Assembly (NCBI GenBank): GCA_002811645.1 | Contig: PDIP01000034.1 | Location: 62,001 to 126,000, forward strand | DNA: 64,000 nucleotides | Source of the DNA: Corallochytrium limacisporum Hawaii | Taxonomy: Eukaryota > Protista > Pluriformea | Direction: 5' to 3' | Part shown: positions 44,488 to 54,660 of the stretch, piece by piece | Layout of the letters: each line of letters opens with the position of its first letter | Numbering within the stretch: position 1 is the first letter of the stretch | Made by a program: the position numbers and the translations under genes | The notes under the pieces: model-generated | What the model was told of the DNA's origin: nothing | The model's database searches: none | The model's input: the letters and a program-made list of their open reading frames with translations, nothing else

Positions 44488-45597
44488 ATGGCGGATAAAG
44501 AAGTCGCAGAATGGACAGTTGTTAATGAAGTAGGTGAAAACATATGAAACTTAAGGTCTTGTGTACGGATCATAATCCCACTAACACCAAACTCAACCCA
44601 CCAGAAACAATCGGCACTGACCGGCGCTCTCGAATGGTCTCGTGATATGTTCTTCTTAACGGTGATGCCCACACCTATTGCCAGTGATGCTAATCTTAAT
44701 CTCATCCATCCACCCCATATTTCAACAAAAAAGGCACATCGAACACTTCAAGATGCCCAGAAAGTTGCCGTTCCGCATCAGATGCAATTGCCTATCAGAG
44801 ACAGTTGGCGTGTTGTGAAACCACTGATGGTTGGAAAAGACGGAAAGAAGCAGATCGCTCTGGTCACCGTCGTTGTTGAACCAGTCATTACTGATACTGA
44901 CTACAGGATTCATCAAATTCATGTACCTATAGTCAATATCTACGCCCCTCACTGGATACGTCGTGAGCGGCACGCGTCCTATGGAATCAAAGTCAATCCC
45001 TGGCAGGAACATGTCTTCATGACGTTTGGCTCAGATGGATCCGTCAAAATTTCCAAACCAAAGGAATATCAAGAACTGTCTGATTCTGAAGATCCTGATA
45101 CTGAACTGGTTCCAGGGAATGGTAACACAGCCGACGACACCGGCCCTGACGGTACCAATTGTCCAACAAGCCTTGGACAATTCAATGTCCGAGAAATCCT
45201 ACAGCAAGATTCTGCGGACGTCATCAATCTGATTGACCCCCAATGCGCACGAAAAGCCGTCCAGATGATCTTCAATGCTCCCACCGACGAGACCAACCGC
45301 TTCATGACAGCACTTGATCAGTACCTATTTCCTCCGCGCGTTCGGCAGACATCCAAGCTCTACGACAATATCTCTCGTGACCCAAAGTTCCGTTCCCTGC
45401 TCGAATCCACCATCGTTGAGCTGCGCATGCTGCTCCTGAGCGTACCGTTCGAGGCGAATGTTGGCGGTGATTTTTGCTGGAGAATGCCACCACTGCCGTC
45501 GAGCCAAACAGAAGAGCCCGCCCACCCCCCTGTTGTGCCCGCGGCACGTACAGCAGGAGGGAATTCGCTTTGCTCCTGGTGGGGAGGGCGCGAATGA
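44488..45597 (+). CDS. Hypothetical protein, two exons (44488-44529 and 44605-45597)
   Basis: Exon 1 encodes MADKEVAEWTVVNE. The 75-nt intron GTAGGT...CACTAAC...CCAG contains an in-frame stop, and splicing joins in frame with the 44647-45597 ORF. Confidence 0.7.
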
Positions 45598-45838
45598 CTC
45601 TGGCAGTGCTGCGAATCCATCGTGGCAAGGGTGGACAGGTGGTGCCCACAAGAGCACGCCCTTTGTATGGGTACTCAAGAAGGTCCTATCCGATGTTAAT
45701 TTACCACCACAGGATCAGCTCTTCGAAATTGCGATTATGGTTTTTAGGAGCTTTTTTCAGAGCATATCCGAATGAACCAGTGTTGAGCAAGGCCCACAGC
45801 ATATGTCTTAGGGAACAACAATTAGAGAAACAATACAG

Positions 45839-46702
45839 CACGATTCCGGCCGTGCAGGCACGGATGGGCCTGTGCATTTACGTAGGGTCCTTGTCGGAGA
45901 ACATGGGAACAAACTTCTTGTGACTTACAGAGAGTCACCCGCTGTGTCGGGAACCGGGACAGGCGGCATCTCTGTCAGTGTGCGGGAGTTGCCAGGCGGC
46001 AACGTCCGTCCTGGTCTGTCCACATTGGTGATCATCGCCACAGTGATTGGAACTGTCATCGCCGTCTGTACGCCACAAGCAGGGCGGGCCATTGTCGATA
46101 TCATTAGAACAGAGATCGAGTCCGTCGCTGGCGACGGCTCCCTACCGATCGTCACCATCGTGGCCACAGCGATGCTGCTCTTGGTCCTCGCCTATGTCAG
46201 TCTTGCAAGGCGTCGCCCAGCCCTGACCACAACCATCACCTTACCCACAGATCGCAACGATCTGATTGTGCGCAATGGTCGAAAGGCCACACGGATTCCC
46301 CTCTCTGCTGTGCACGGTGTGGCAATTAACGAAGTCTACCACCGGCTTGCTATCGTTTCGGTGGGTATGCTTAGCCTGTATCTCAACGGGGACGACAAAG
46401 AGCGATGGGAGGCAATCGCCACTGAAGAACAGCCGCAGATTAATATTCTCTCCGATCTCTGGACGCTGCGGCCCTTCTTTGAGGAGAGTACCGAAGTCAA
46501 CAGCAACATCTCGCGACGTCCGTTGGCTACCAAAATTGACGAGGAAGAAGATCACGTCCCGGTTCCTCTGTTTTGGGGCATGGGCCTGCCCCTGGATGCG
46601 CTTCGCGCCCTGATGTCCTTACTCGGATCTGCTGTTGAAGCGCGAAAGCAGCAATTGGAACGACAACAGTCACTGTCACAAGTGAAAAGGGGACGGCCAT
46701 GA
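45839..46702 (+). CDS. PIGH: PIG-H/Gpi15-like GPI-GlcNAc transferase subunit; 5' end needs an upstream exon
   Basis: Two TM helices, then RIPLSAVHGVAINEVY and VPLFWGMGLPLDALRAL, resembling the PIG-H C-terminal motifs (DIVINE..., VPVF...PRLDCL). No in-frame ATG between the stop at 45809 and the first TM helix. Confidence 0.55.
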   Translation, partial: HDSGRAGTDGPVHLRRVLVGEHGNKLLVTYRESPAVSGTGTGGISVSVRELPGGNVRPGLSTLVIIATVIGTVIAVCTPQAGRAIVDIIRTEIESVAGDGSLPIVTIVATAMLLLVLAYVSLARRRPALTTTITLPTDRNDLIVRNGRKATRIPLSAVHGVAINEVYHRLAIVSVGMLSLYLNGDDKERWEAIATEEQPQINILSDLWTLRPFFEESTEVNSNISRRPLATKIDEEEDHVPVPLFWGMGLPLDALRALMSLLGSAVEARKQQLERQQSLSQVKRGRP

Positions 46703-47004
46703 TTGACCAACAGCTGGGTGAGACGCAGGAAACACTCGAACCGGACCGCGGCATCTAAATTAGTTTGATTACTCTATTCTTTCGGGGTATAGTTTACTTC
46801 TAATCTATGATTGTTGGGGACAATCTTCTTTGCTCACTCACACACTTTCTCTCTCGCTCTCTCTCTCTCTCTCGCTTTCCAAAAACAAAATACAAACATC
46901 AGAGACAAGGACAATCACGACCGGCAAGTGGTACCAACTATGTTGGTACCAACGGAAAGAATGATTTTGACAACATCAGGGTAACTGGGTACGATAATTT
47001 CCAT

Positions 47005-50000
47005 TCAAGAATTTGCCACCCGGTTCATCTGCCGCCTAACTGATAATGGACTCTTCGTAACGTCGTGGAGCTGGAACCGTGGGTTTAGCATGTCGTAGGC
47101 ATGGAATGTCTCCGCAATTGCGCGGGGAATGTCTGTGCCCCGCAGCATATTCGGCGTCTGCAGCGGTGGCAATTCTTCGTCTCCGACCAGCCCAACGGCT
47201 CCGGTGAGCACTTCCTCTGCTGCCGGCAGACTCGGTGTCGCAGGCCGGCCGTCGTCCCCAGGAGCAAAAGCGGCAGAGAACGCGGACGACGACTTCTTCA
47301 ACAATGCGGGATGGAGAAGGGTCGACGCCGCCGCCGGGGGAATAGTGAGGGACCCCCTGGTGGATGCGCTCTTTTCCCTTGCCGCCGCTCCAGCAACAGA
47401 ACCGATGTTGGCGGGCGTCACCGTTCTCGTACTGTCCGTGGATGGGCGTTCCAGGACTCCTGTCATGGTGGTGCCAGTATCCAGCTGCTCCTCGTCCAGC
47501 TTTTCAAGCGACGACCGCGGTGTTTGCGGTGCTGTGCAGTGCTGTACCAGCCACGGATGACGCAGGGTTTGGAAGATAGTCCAGCGGTCGCTGGGGGCAT
47601 GGTTGTAGGTGCCATGCTGGTGTTTTAGCAGGCTGCTTTCGTGTGTGTGGTCCATCTGCAGGAGGGTGAGGATGAAATCCTTCGCACTGTCACTAACCAT
47701 GGACCAGTCCTCTTCTGGGAATGTCACTTCGCCAGCCTTGATTGCCTGCATGATCTCGCCCGGGTTGCTGCGCATGGATTGCATCGCTGACGAAGCCAAG
47801 CTGCCGCCACCAACACCACCCGCCCCACCGTGCTGCTCGTTCGCAAGCATCTCCTCCTCTTGCCAGGCGCTGCCCCGGAACCGCTCCTGGCACTGGAGTT
47901 GGGCCTTATTGCGGAAGGGCGGGTATCCGCAAAGCAATGTGTACGTAATCACTCCGAGGGACCACAGATCACAGGCCTCGAATGCCATTGCCGCCTGTTC
48001 GGCAATGTCACCTATGAGTGCCGGATGCAGAGGCGATGATCCCAGGCCCAGGCTAAGCCCAAAGCCGTCCTTGCCGCCTGCACCGTCCGCACCAGTACCG
48101 GCACCGTGGTGCGGTAGAGGGTGCTCAAGATCCTTCGCAAATCCGAAGTCGGCAATCTTCAGGTCCGCGTCCGCGGCGTTGCTCTCAAAGATCAGATTCT
48201 CTGGCCGTAAGTCACGGTGAGCGACGCCGCAGCGGTGCATATGTCGAACAGCGCGCGCGATGCGGTCAACGAGCTGCGCCGCGATGGCTTCCGTAAAGTG
48301 TGCCGACTGCAGACCGCGAATGCGGTCAAAGAGATTGGGTCCCTTGAGCAGTTCAGTGAGAATGTAGACATGGAGCTCGTCCTCCATTACGTCCACGAGT
48401 TTGACAATGTTGCGATGCCCCTGGCACCGATTGAGCATTTCGACTTCATGGTAAGGATCATCGGTATCCGCGCAGTTGCGCTTGGCCCGAAGCTTGCTCA
48501 CAACCTTCACTGCGTAGTCCTGACCTGTACGCCTATCTGTCGCGCGATAGCATGTGCTGAACACGCCAGAACCAATGGGCGTCGGGTGGATCTTGTAGCG
48601 TTCGAGGAAGGGAGACGCAAGGTCGATGCACTCTTCGTGCTCACCCTCCAGCATAAGGCTGCCACGACGCTGGTGGGCGCGATCGCCACACTCTTCTGCG
48701 ACAACAAGCATGTCGTCATTGTCATTCTCATTGGTGCTGCCTTTGAGTCCAATGCCGTCCCCTTCCGCTCGAGCCAGCAGAGCAACCTGCGGATGTTTCA
48801 GCGGTGTCATGGGGGCACTGCCGTTCTGTTGTGGCCGCTGCTGTCCTTCCGCCGACTCCTCCTGCAACGCTTGCGGAGCGTCGCTCACGTTCTGTTTCTG
48901 TTCCTTCTCCACACTCACGGTGACAACATCCATTGCTGCTGCTGCCGGGTCCCGTGTCAGTTTGCTGCCAGGCGGAAGTCGTGCTGTCGTGGTCGTCTGT
49001 GGCTGTTTCTTCACAGGCAGGGAATCCTCTTCGTCCATAGCGTCCGTTCCCGGCGCGTGCGCCTGTAGTCTGCTCTCGAATTCATCCCGTTCGTCATCCG
49101 TGGATCCTGACTGGGAAGCTGCTGCAGACCCGAGCCCGACACCAACCGCGTTCTCCTGGAAGAGAATGGCCGGAGCCACAAAGCTGAAACCTTTGAATAG
49201 TTTCCGCGTGGCTTCTTCGCGGTTGCTGCGGATCGGACCGCCGCTGTTTGAAGCCAACGTCTGACCCAGCTGCGCTATCGACGTATAGCTCGGGTCGAAA
49301 GCAGGTGGCTCCCCAACGCCGTCCGCAGCTTCTGTCAATGACACTTCGCGGCTGAACCGCCCGCTGATGCTCTCTCGCGTGGGGCTATTAATTGGCTGCA
49401 TGGAGGTAAAGTACGGATCAAAGTTGGCGGTGTCCACTTCGTTCTCCAGCTCTGGATTGAATGGGGGATCCATCTCACGAGCATAGAGTGTCTCCCAGTC
49501 GATGGGACGGAAGAACGCGTGCTCTTTTATGGCAAGAGACCCCGCTGGGCCGCCTCCCAATCGCTCATCCGGATTGTGAGTGAGCAAGCCACGCAGCAGG
49601 GCAGTCAACTCCACCGAGAAGAAGTCCGGGTACGGTACTGCAGAGCAGAGGATCTGCTCCATAAGCTCCTTTTTGGACCGATTGTCCTCGTCCCGGCGGC
49701 TGAATGGCGGTGTGCCATTCACTAGTTCGTAGAGAAGGATGCCCAGGGACCACCAATCAGCGCTCTTGCCATGACCCGTCTCCTCGATCACTTCGGGTGC
49801 CATGTACTCCAGCGTGCCGCAGAAGGACGTGGCGCGCCTGCTTCGCCCGTGCACGTGTTCTTTGGACAGACCAAAGTCAGTCAATTTGACGTGCCCATAC
49901 CGGTCCAGGAGAATGTTTTCTAGCTTCAGGTCGCGGTAAATGATCCCGTGGTCGTGCAAATTCTCGAGCGCAAGCAGGACCTCCGCGACGTAGAAGCGAG

Positions 50001-51966
50001 CCTCCGACTCGGACAGGCACTGCTTACGGTGCAGCAGATTAAACAGCTCGCCCCCACTACAGTACTCAAGGATCAGATACAGTTTCCCACCGGTCTGGAA
50101 CGCGTAATAGAGGGACACAATAAATGGGTGCCTGATGGCTTCCAAGATGTTTCGTTCTGCCAGTGTACGCTGCAGAATCTTCTTGTCGTAAATGATAGTG
50201 GCCTTCTTCAGTGCCTTCATCGCAAAAATCCGACCGTTCATGTGCCCGTACTTCTTGCGGACGAGGAAGACCTTAGCAAACGCCCCGGTTCCCAGCACTT
50301 TCAGCAATTCAAAATCCGCTGGTCCGATCTCTTCTGTGGGCCGTTCCGTGAGGTTCTCCGAATGGATCTCGCGCCGCACGACGCGCGGGGAGGGACTTCG
50401 GCTCACTGTCGTGGCTTCTTCCTTGCGCAGGGCGTTGAGAGCGAGGGACGCCGGTCTTTGTCCGTTCCGGATACCACCATCCGGTGTCAAAGGTTTGCCG
50501 TCGTCGGTGTTCTGCTTCGACCGCCGTGGGGAGAGCTTGAGCTTTAGTGTTGTACTCCGACCGCGTGCCGTCGTCTCTTCGTCGTTCATTCTTCCGTCGT
50601 TGCTGCCGTTGTTTCCGACAGGCCTGACCGAGTTTGATTTGACCTCCCGGCCTGGCATTGCAATGGGTGGTACTGCTGTCTCCGTCTTCGTCGGCGAAGG
50701 CGGGACATTCTCGTCCCTAATCCTCTGCGCGGCCGCATACAGCGAAGCCGCCGTGAGCTCGCTCGGTGCTTGTTCGTCCGCATCAACGTCAACAAAGTCC
50801 GCGTCGTCATCATCATTGTCCACAATCGTTTCGGCCGTCTCCAGCCGGCGCACGGCTTTCTGCTGACCTCCGCCGCTGCTGCCCGTGCTTGGGATGCTAC
50901 CCGCGCCGTTGTAGACGCCAGGGGTCACGGACGCGCTGGTCGTCATTGTGGAAATGCTGGAATCACTAGGCGGAGCATGATGGGGTTCCACGATATTGGA
51001 GGGCGCATTGTGTTGGAGTCTACTATCCTGCTGCTGATTGTGCTGGGATAATGATGCAGTCGAGGAGGCCGAATCCATTCCCAGTAACGATCCGCGCGAC
51101 ACCGCAGCTCCAGGGATAGTCCTGGGCATTGATGACTTTTGAGTCTGTGCGGAGGTGCGCAGACCTCCGGAGCCCGGCGCTGACGACGAAAACTGCTGTC
51201 CCGCAGCCGCTCCGAAAGTCCGTGAACCCGCGCTGAGTCCGGAATCATTCAGCTCGGCAATCTCGTCCTCGTCCTCCTCCGGAACGAGCGGGTAGCTTCG
51301 TGGACTGCGCGTGGTCACGTCGAATGAATTACTCCGCGCACCTGAGCGATGGAATCGGTAGCGCTTAACGTTGGGAGACATGGCCATCATGTCACTGCTG
51401 CCCGCATTGCTACCCAAACTACCGACCGGATGCATGCCTGTGCTGACAGTGCTGCCCGCGTTACTGTGTTCGTCGTCGGACCGTCCGTGGTCGCTGCCAG
51501 CGAGTCCTTGACGGTCAAACATCCCGTCGGAACCAAACGCACCACTGTACGCCACCGCTGCAATCTGCATGCTCATCATCCCTCCGTCGCTGCTCTTACG
51601 TTTCCGTGGGCTGCTCACACCGGACATAAACGAGCTGACGGATACTGCGTCACCTTGGCTGGCTTGGCGGCCGTAGATGCCGAGAAGTGGTCCTCGTGGG
51701 GCGCCGGCGCCGAGCAAGCCTCTACCACCGCCGCTGGCAACGCTGCTGCGGTCATCAAAGTCATCCATTGCCGAGCCCCCGCCGGAATCACCTGTGTACG
51801 ACTGCCCGGCGCTCTGCAGCGAATCGTAGCGCTGGTGGGTGGCCCTGGACTGTTGGATATCGCCGTGGTTGACTGGAGACAAGGCAGGCTGGCCAAGCAT
51901 TTCGTCCATGGGACTCTGCACCTGGCCGTACGCCTCCTGCTGCTGCTCTTCTTGTGCGCTAGCCAT
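47005..51966 (-). CDS. RPS6KA5: MSK/RSK-family dual-domain ribosomal S6 kinase (MSK-like)
   Basis: AGC domain (FELLKVLGTGAFAKVFLVRK, RATSFCGTLEYMAPE), turn motif PINSP, hydrophobic motif LFKGFSFVAP, second CAMK-like domain (CQGHRNIV, HRDLRPEN, DFGFA), MSK-type tail PLQTP...TFHAY and docking site LHDVTKSPLSVRR. Confidence 0.9.
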   Translation of the reverse strand: MASAQEEQQQEAYGQVQSPMDEMLGQPALSPVNHGDIQQSRATHQRYDSLQSAGQSYTGDSGGGSAMDDFDDRSSVASGGGRGLLGAGAPRGPLLGIYGRQASQGDAVSVSSFMSGVSSPRKRKSSDGGMMSMQIAAVAYSGAFGSDGMFDRQGLAGSDHGRSDDEHSNAGSTVSTGMHPVGSLGSNAGSSDMMAMSPNVKRYRFHRSGARSNSFDVTTRSPRSYPLVPEEDEDEIAELNDSGLSAGSRTFGAAAGQQFSSSAPGSGGLRTSAQTQKSSMPRTIPGAAVSRGSLLGMDSASSTASLSQHNQQQDSRLQHNAPSNIVEPHHAPPSDSSISTMTTSASVTPGVYNGAGSIPSTGSSGGGQQKAVRRLETAETIVDNDDDDADFVDVDADEQAPSELTAASLYAAAQRIRDENVPPSPTKTETAVPPIAMPGREVKSNSVRPVGNNGSNDGRMNDEETTARGRSTTLKLKLSPRRSKQNTDDGKPLTPDGGIRNGQRPASLALNALRKEEATTVSRSPSPRVVRREIHSENLTERPTEEIGPADFELLKVLGTGAFAKVFLVRKKYGHMNGRIFAMKALKKATIIYDKKILQRTLAERNILEAIRHPFIVSLYYAFQTGGKLYLILEYCSGGELFNLLHRKQCLSESEARFYVAEVLLALENLHDHGIIYRDLKLENILLDRYGHVKLTDFGLSKEHVHGRSRRATSFCGTLEYMAPEVIEETGHGKSADWWSLGILLYELVNGTPPFSRRDEDNRSKKELMEQILCSAVPYPDFFSVELTALLRGLLTHNPDERLGGGPAGSLAIKEHAFFRPIDWETLYAREMDPPFNPELENEVDTANFDPYFTSMQPINSPTRESISGRFSREVSLTEAADGVGEPPAFDPSYTSIAQLGQTLASNSGGPIRSNREEATRKLFKGFSFVAPAILFQENAVGVGLGSAAASQSGSTDDERDEFESRLQAHAPGTDAMDEEDSLPVKKQPQTTTTARLPPGSKLTRDPAAAAMDVVTVSVEKEQKQNVSDAPQALQEESAEGQQRPQQNGSAPMTPLKHPQVALLARAEGDGIGLKGSTNENDNDDMLVVAEECGDRAHQRRGSLMLEGEHEECIDLASPFLERYKIHPTPIGSGVFSTCYRATDRRTGQDYAVKVVSKLRAKRNCADTDDPYHEVEMLNRCQGHRNIVKLVDVMEDELHVYILTELLKGPNLFDRIRGLQSAHFTEAIAAQLVDRIARAVRHMHRCGVAHRDLRPENLIFESNAADADLKIADFGFAKDLEHPLPHHGAGTGADGAGGKDGFGLSLGLGSSPLHPALIGDIAEQAAMAFEACDLWSLGVITYTLLCGYPPFRNKAQLQCQERFRGSAWQEEEMLANEQHGGAGGVGGGSLASSAMQSMRSNPGEIMQAIKAGEVTFPEEDWSMVSDSAKDFILTLLQMDHTHESSLLKHQHGTYNHAPSDRWTIFQTLRHPWLVQHCTAPQTPRSSLEKLDEEQLDTGTTMTGVLERPSTDSTRTVTPANIGSVAGAAAREKSASTRGSLTIPPAAASTLLHPALLKKSSSAFSAAFAPGDDGRPATPSLPAAEEVLTGAVGLVGDEELPPLQTPNMLRGTDIPRAIAETFHAYDMLNPRFQLHDVTKSPLSVRRQMNRVANS

Positions 51967-52789
51967 GGTTGCTTTCTTGTTTCTTTAACTAGATTTCCTG
52001 TAGATCTGTACCGGGTTCCCGTAAAAAAGTATGAGTCTTTTGTCGGTTCTCTCTCTCGGTTTTTTTTACTGTGTCCGAATCCGGTCAGGGCCTGATCTGC
52101 ATGTCTGACCTGAAAGGGCACCTATGTCAGATATCCTAGCCACCTGTTTGATCCCAAATACACGGCTCGAATATTCTCCTGCTTCCCTACCGACTCCTTT
52201 GTGACAAAGAAAAGGTTCCTTCAATATTGACCAAAACTCCCTATATCCTTCTTGGTTCACCCGATGGACCTGGAACCAGTGAAAAAAGAAACAACGAATC
52301 CGAACCTGCAGATGTTGCTTTCTCGTCTATTGTATCTCCCGTGGGGCTTGGTTGATCAAATGCTTGCGCTTTACGGTTTCAATTACTTCTTTCCGCTATT
52401 AACACAGAATGCTTTCCAGATCTAAAGCGAAACTGCGAACAATAGGGATGTATTGGTGGCCAATCAACTTGGTGGTTCCTTCGTTTCCCGACCTCCCGCG
52501 TCCAAAGTAGCACATCCGTCTTCTGAGCATTCGCGGAGACGCGGCACACCCTACCAATATGTGTCAAAAAGCCGATCTTTCTTTAATTTCTTGGGATCAT
52601 TAGTCAGAAGATGATATCCAGACCATGACTCATGACCACTGTCACTGTGGACGGCATCAAAGAACCAACAAACAGTGAAGCCCCAAGGGTTGCACCGAAA
52701 CACTCCCGGCCAACACGAGTGTCCTGCACCAGGACAGCCGCGCCCATCGCATCAGCAACGAGCCGCAAGGAAAAAGATCCCGTCAAAGT

Positions 52790-54312
52790 TGCGAGTGAAA
52801 ATATAAGGCGGAGAGAGACTGAGAGAGAGAAAGAGAAAGAGAGAGAGAGATATGAGAGACGGAGAGACTGAGAGACTGAGAGAGGAGGGGGGGGAGAGGA
52901 AGAAAGGGAGGGGGGAGAGAGGAGGGGGGAGAGAGGGTTGACAGCAAGGGAGAGAACCCAACCCAACCCTCCCGCCCCAAAGGCGAAGTTCGTGCTAGCG
53001 AAATGGCACAGGAAAGAGTGTCTTGTCGGTCAGGGAGGTGGCGCAGTGGCTTGGTGGCGACAAGTTTTTGTGTGTTCTTTCTTTTTTTCGTTTGTTCGTT
53101 TTGCACTCTCAGTCAAAAGAAAGAAAAAGCAAAGTTTTAGTTCCTGTTAAACTCCCGCGGAGAGAGAGAGAAAAAGAGTCCGCACTCTTTCAAGCGGTGC
53201 GGAGCCATTGCCAAAAAAACGCAACTTTTCCCGTGCCATTTTTCCCTTACTTTCCTTCGTTTTGAATGTTCCTTTTTTTTCCTCTTTGTCCTAACCCCCC
53301 TCCTCCTCCTCTCTCTCTCTCTCTCGCTGAGAGTCTCTCTCCCCGATCTTTTTGTCCTTGCTCTCTCTCTCTCTGTCTCTCTCTCCCTCTCTCTCTCTCT
53401 CTGATCTGTCCTGCCCTGCTTCACTTCTCGATCCAAAAAGCCTTCTTCCTTTTTTTTCCTTGTGTGTGTGTGTGTGTGTTTTTGTTGCGTGTTGTTTTGC
53501 GCGTGTTGTGTGTCCGTTCTGGCCTCCCCGATCCTTTTGACTCATCCATCATCCAATCCCTAGCGTGCGATTAGTGTCCCGGTTGTCCGCTGTCTTTTGT
53601 GTGTCACTGGGGTCTGTCTGCTCGCTCCGCCCCCCCCCCCTCCTTCTCCCTTTGACTCCGTCTCCCTGGGTTTCCCCCCCCCTCCCCTCCCTCTCTCTCC
53701 CTTCCTTCCCCGGGGGCGGCTCTGGACGGCTTTTTCCTTTTCCTCTCCCACCGCCAGCGAGCGCACCAGTTCCCCCCCCTCTCTCTGCTGCGGCTGCTGC
53801 GGCCTTGCCTCTCTTGCCCTACACACACACCTAAAAAAAAAGCTCGTGCCTTTTTGGCCACTGCTCTTTTCCTCGGTGTTTCTACCCCTCCTTCTTCCCG
53901 TCCTTGGCTACCACCACCAACGGTGCCACGGCGGTGGTGGTTGGTGCGGGTTTTTGAGGTTGGGCAGGAACAAAGAAAGAAATCAAAGAGAAAGAAAAAG
54001 ATGGGAAGTGCAGTAGTAGTGGTAGAGGGTGGTTAAGAGTGGTTGGTACGCGGGCGGGTGTGTGTGTGTGGATGGGCCCAGAGCAGCAGCAGACATGCGC
54101 CACACAGAGAGGGGGAGAGACAGTGAGCGGCCGAGAACATGCGTGACACACAACAAAAAAAAATCTCAGGTGTTATGTTTCAGTCAGTTTAGTGTTTTCT
54201 TGGGGGCAGGGGGAGGAGAGAGAGGGAGGGACGTGCGAGAGCAAAGGAAGGGGGAGGGCGGGGGGGAATCGACGGGAACTTGTTAAGCACGAGCCGGAGG
54301 ATCTAAGAGAGA

Positions 54313-54345
<33 letters not shown>

Positions 54346-54628
54346 GACAATTCACCAGGCAGTTCAGTATTGACGTGCAGGCAAGAAGAGAGTACTGGGC
54401 AAAAGAAGGGGGGGGCCTGAGATGCTGCTGCTGTCACGGCGCCGGTGGTTGTGTGTGGCTTTTTTCTTTGCCTCGACCGGTTCAAGTCACCGCGCTGCCC
54501 TTTTCGGCACGAGCCTGTGCTTTTCGGGCTGACTGTTCCCTTGTACTCTGCACTGAAAAACTGCCCTCACTCTCCGTGTCCGTTCCACCGGGTCTTTCCG
54601 TTTGCTTTGCACTCACACACACACACTC

Positions 54629-54660
<32 letters not shown>

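Noticed and set aside
46929-46951. 10-bp stem hairpin TGGTACCAAC-TAT-GTTGGTACCA as a terminator
   Set aside because: Intrinsic hairpin terminators are not expected for Pol II genes and there is no U tract.
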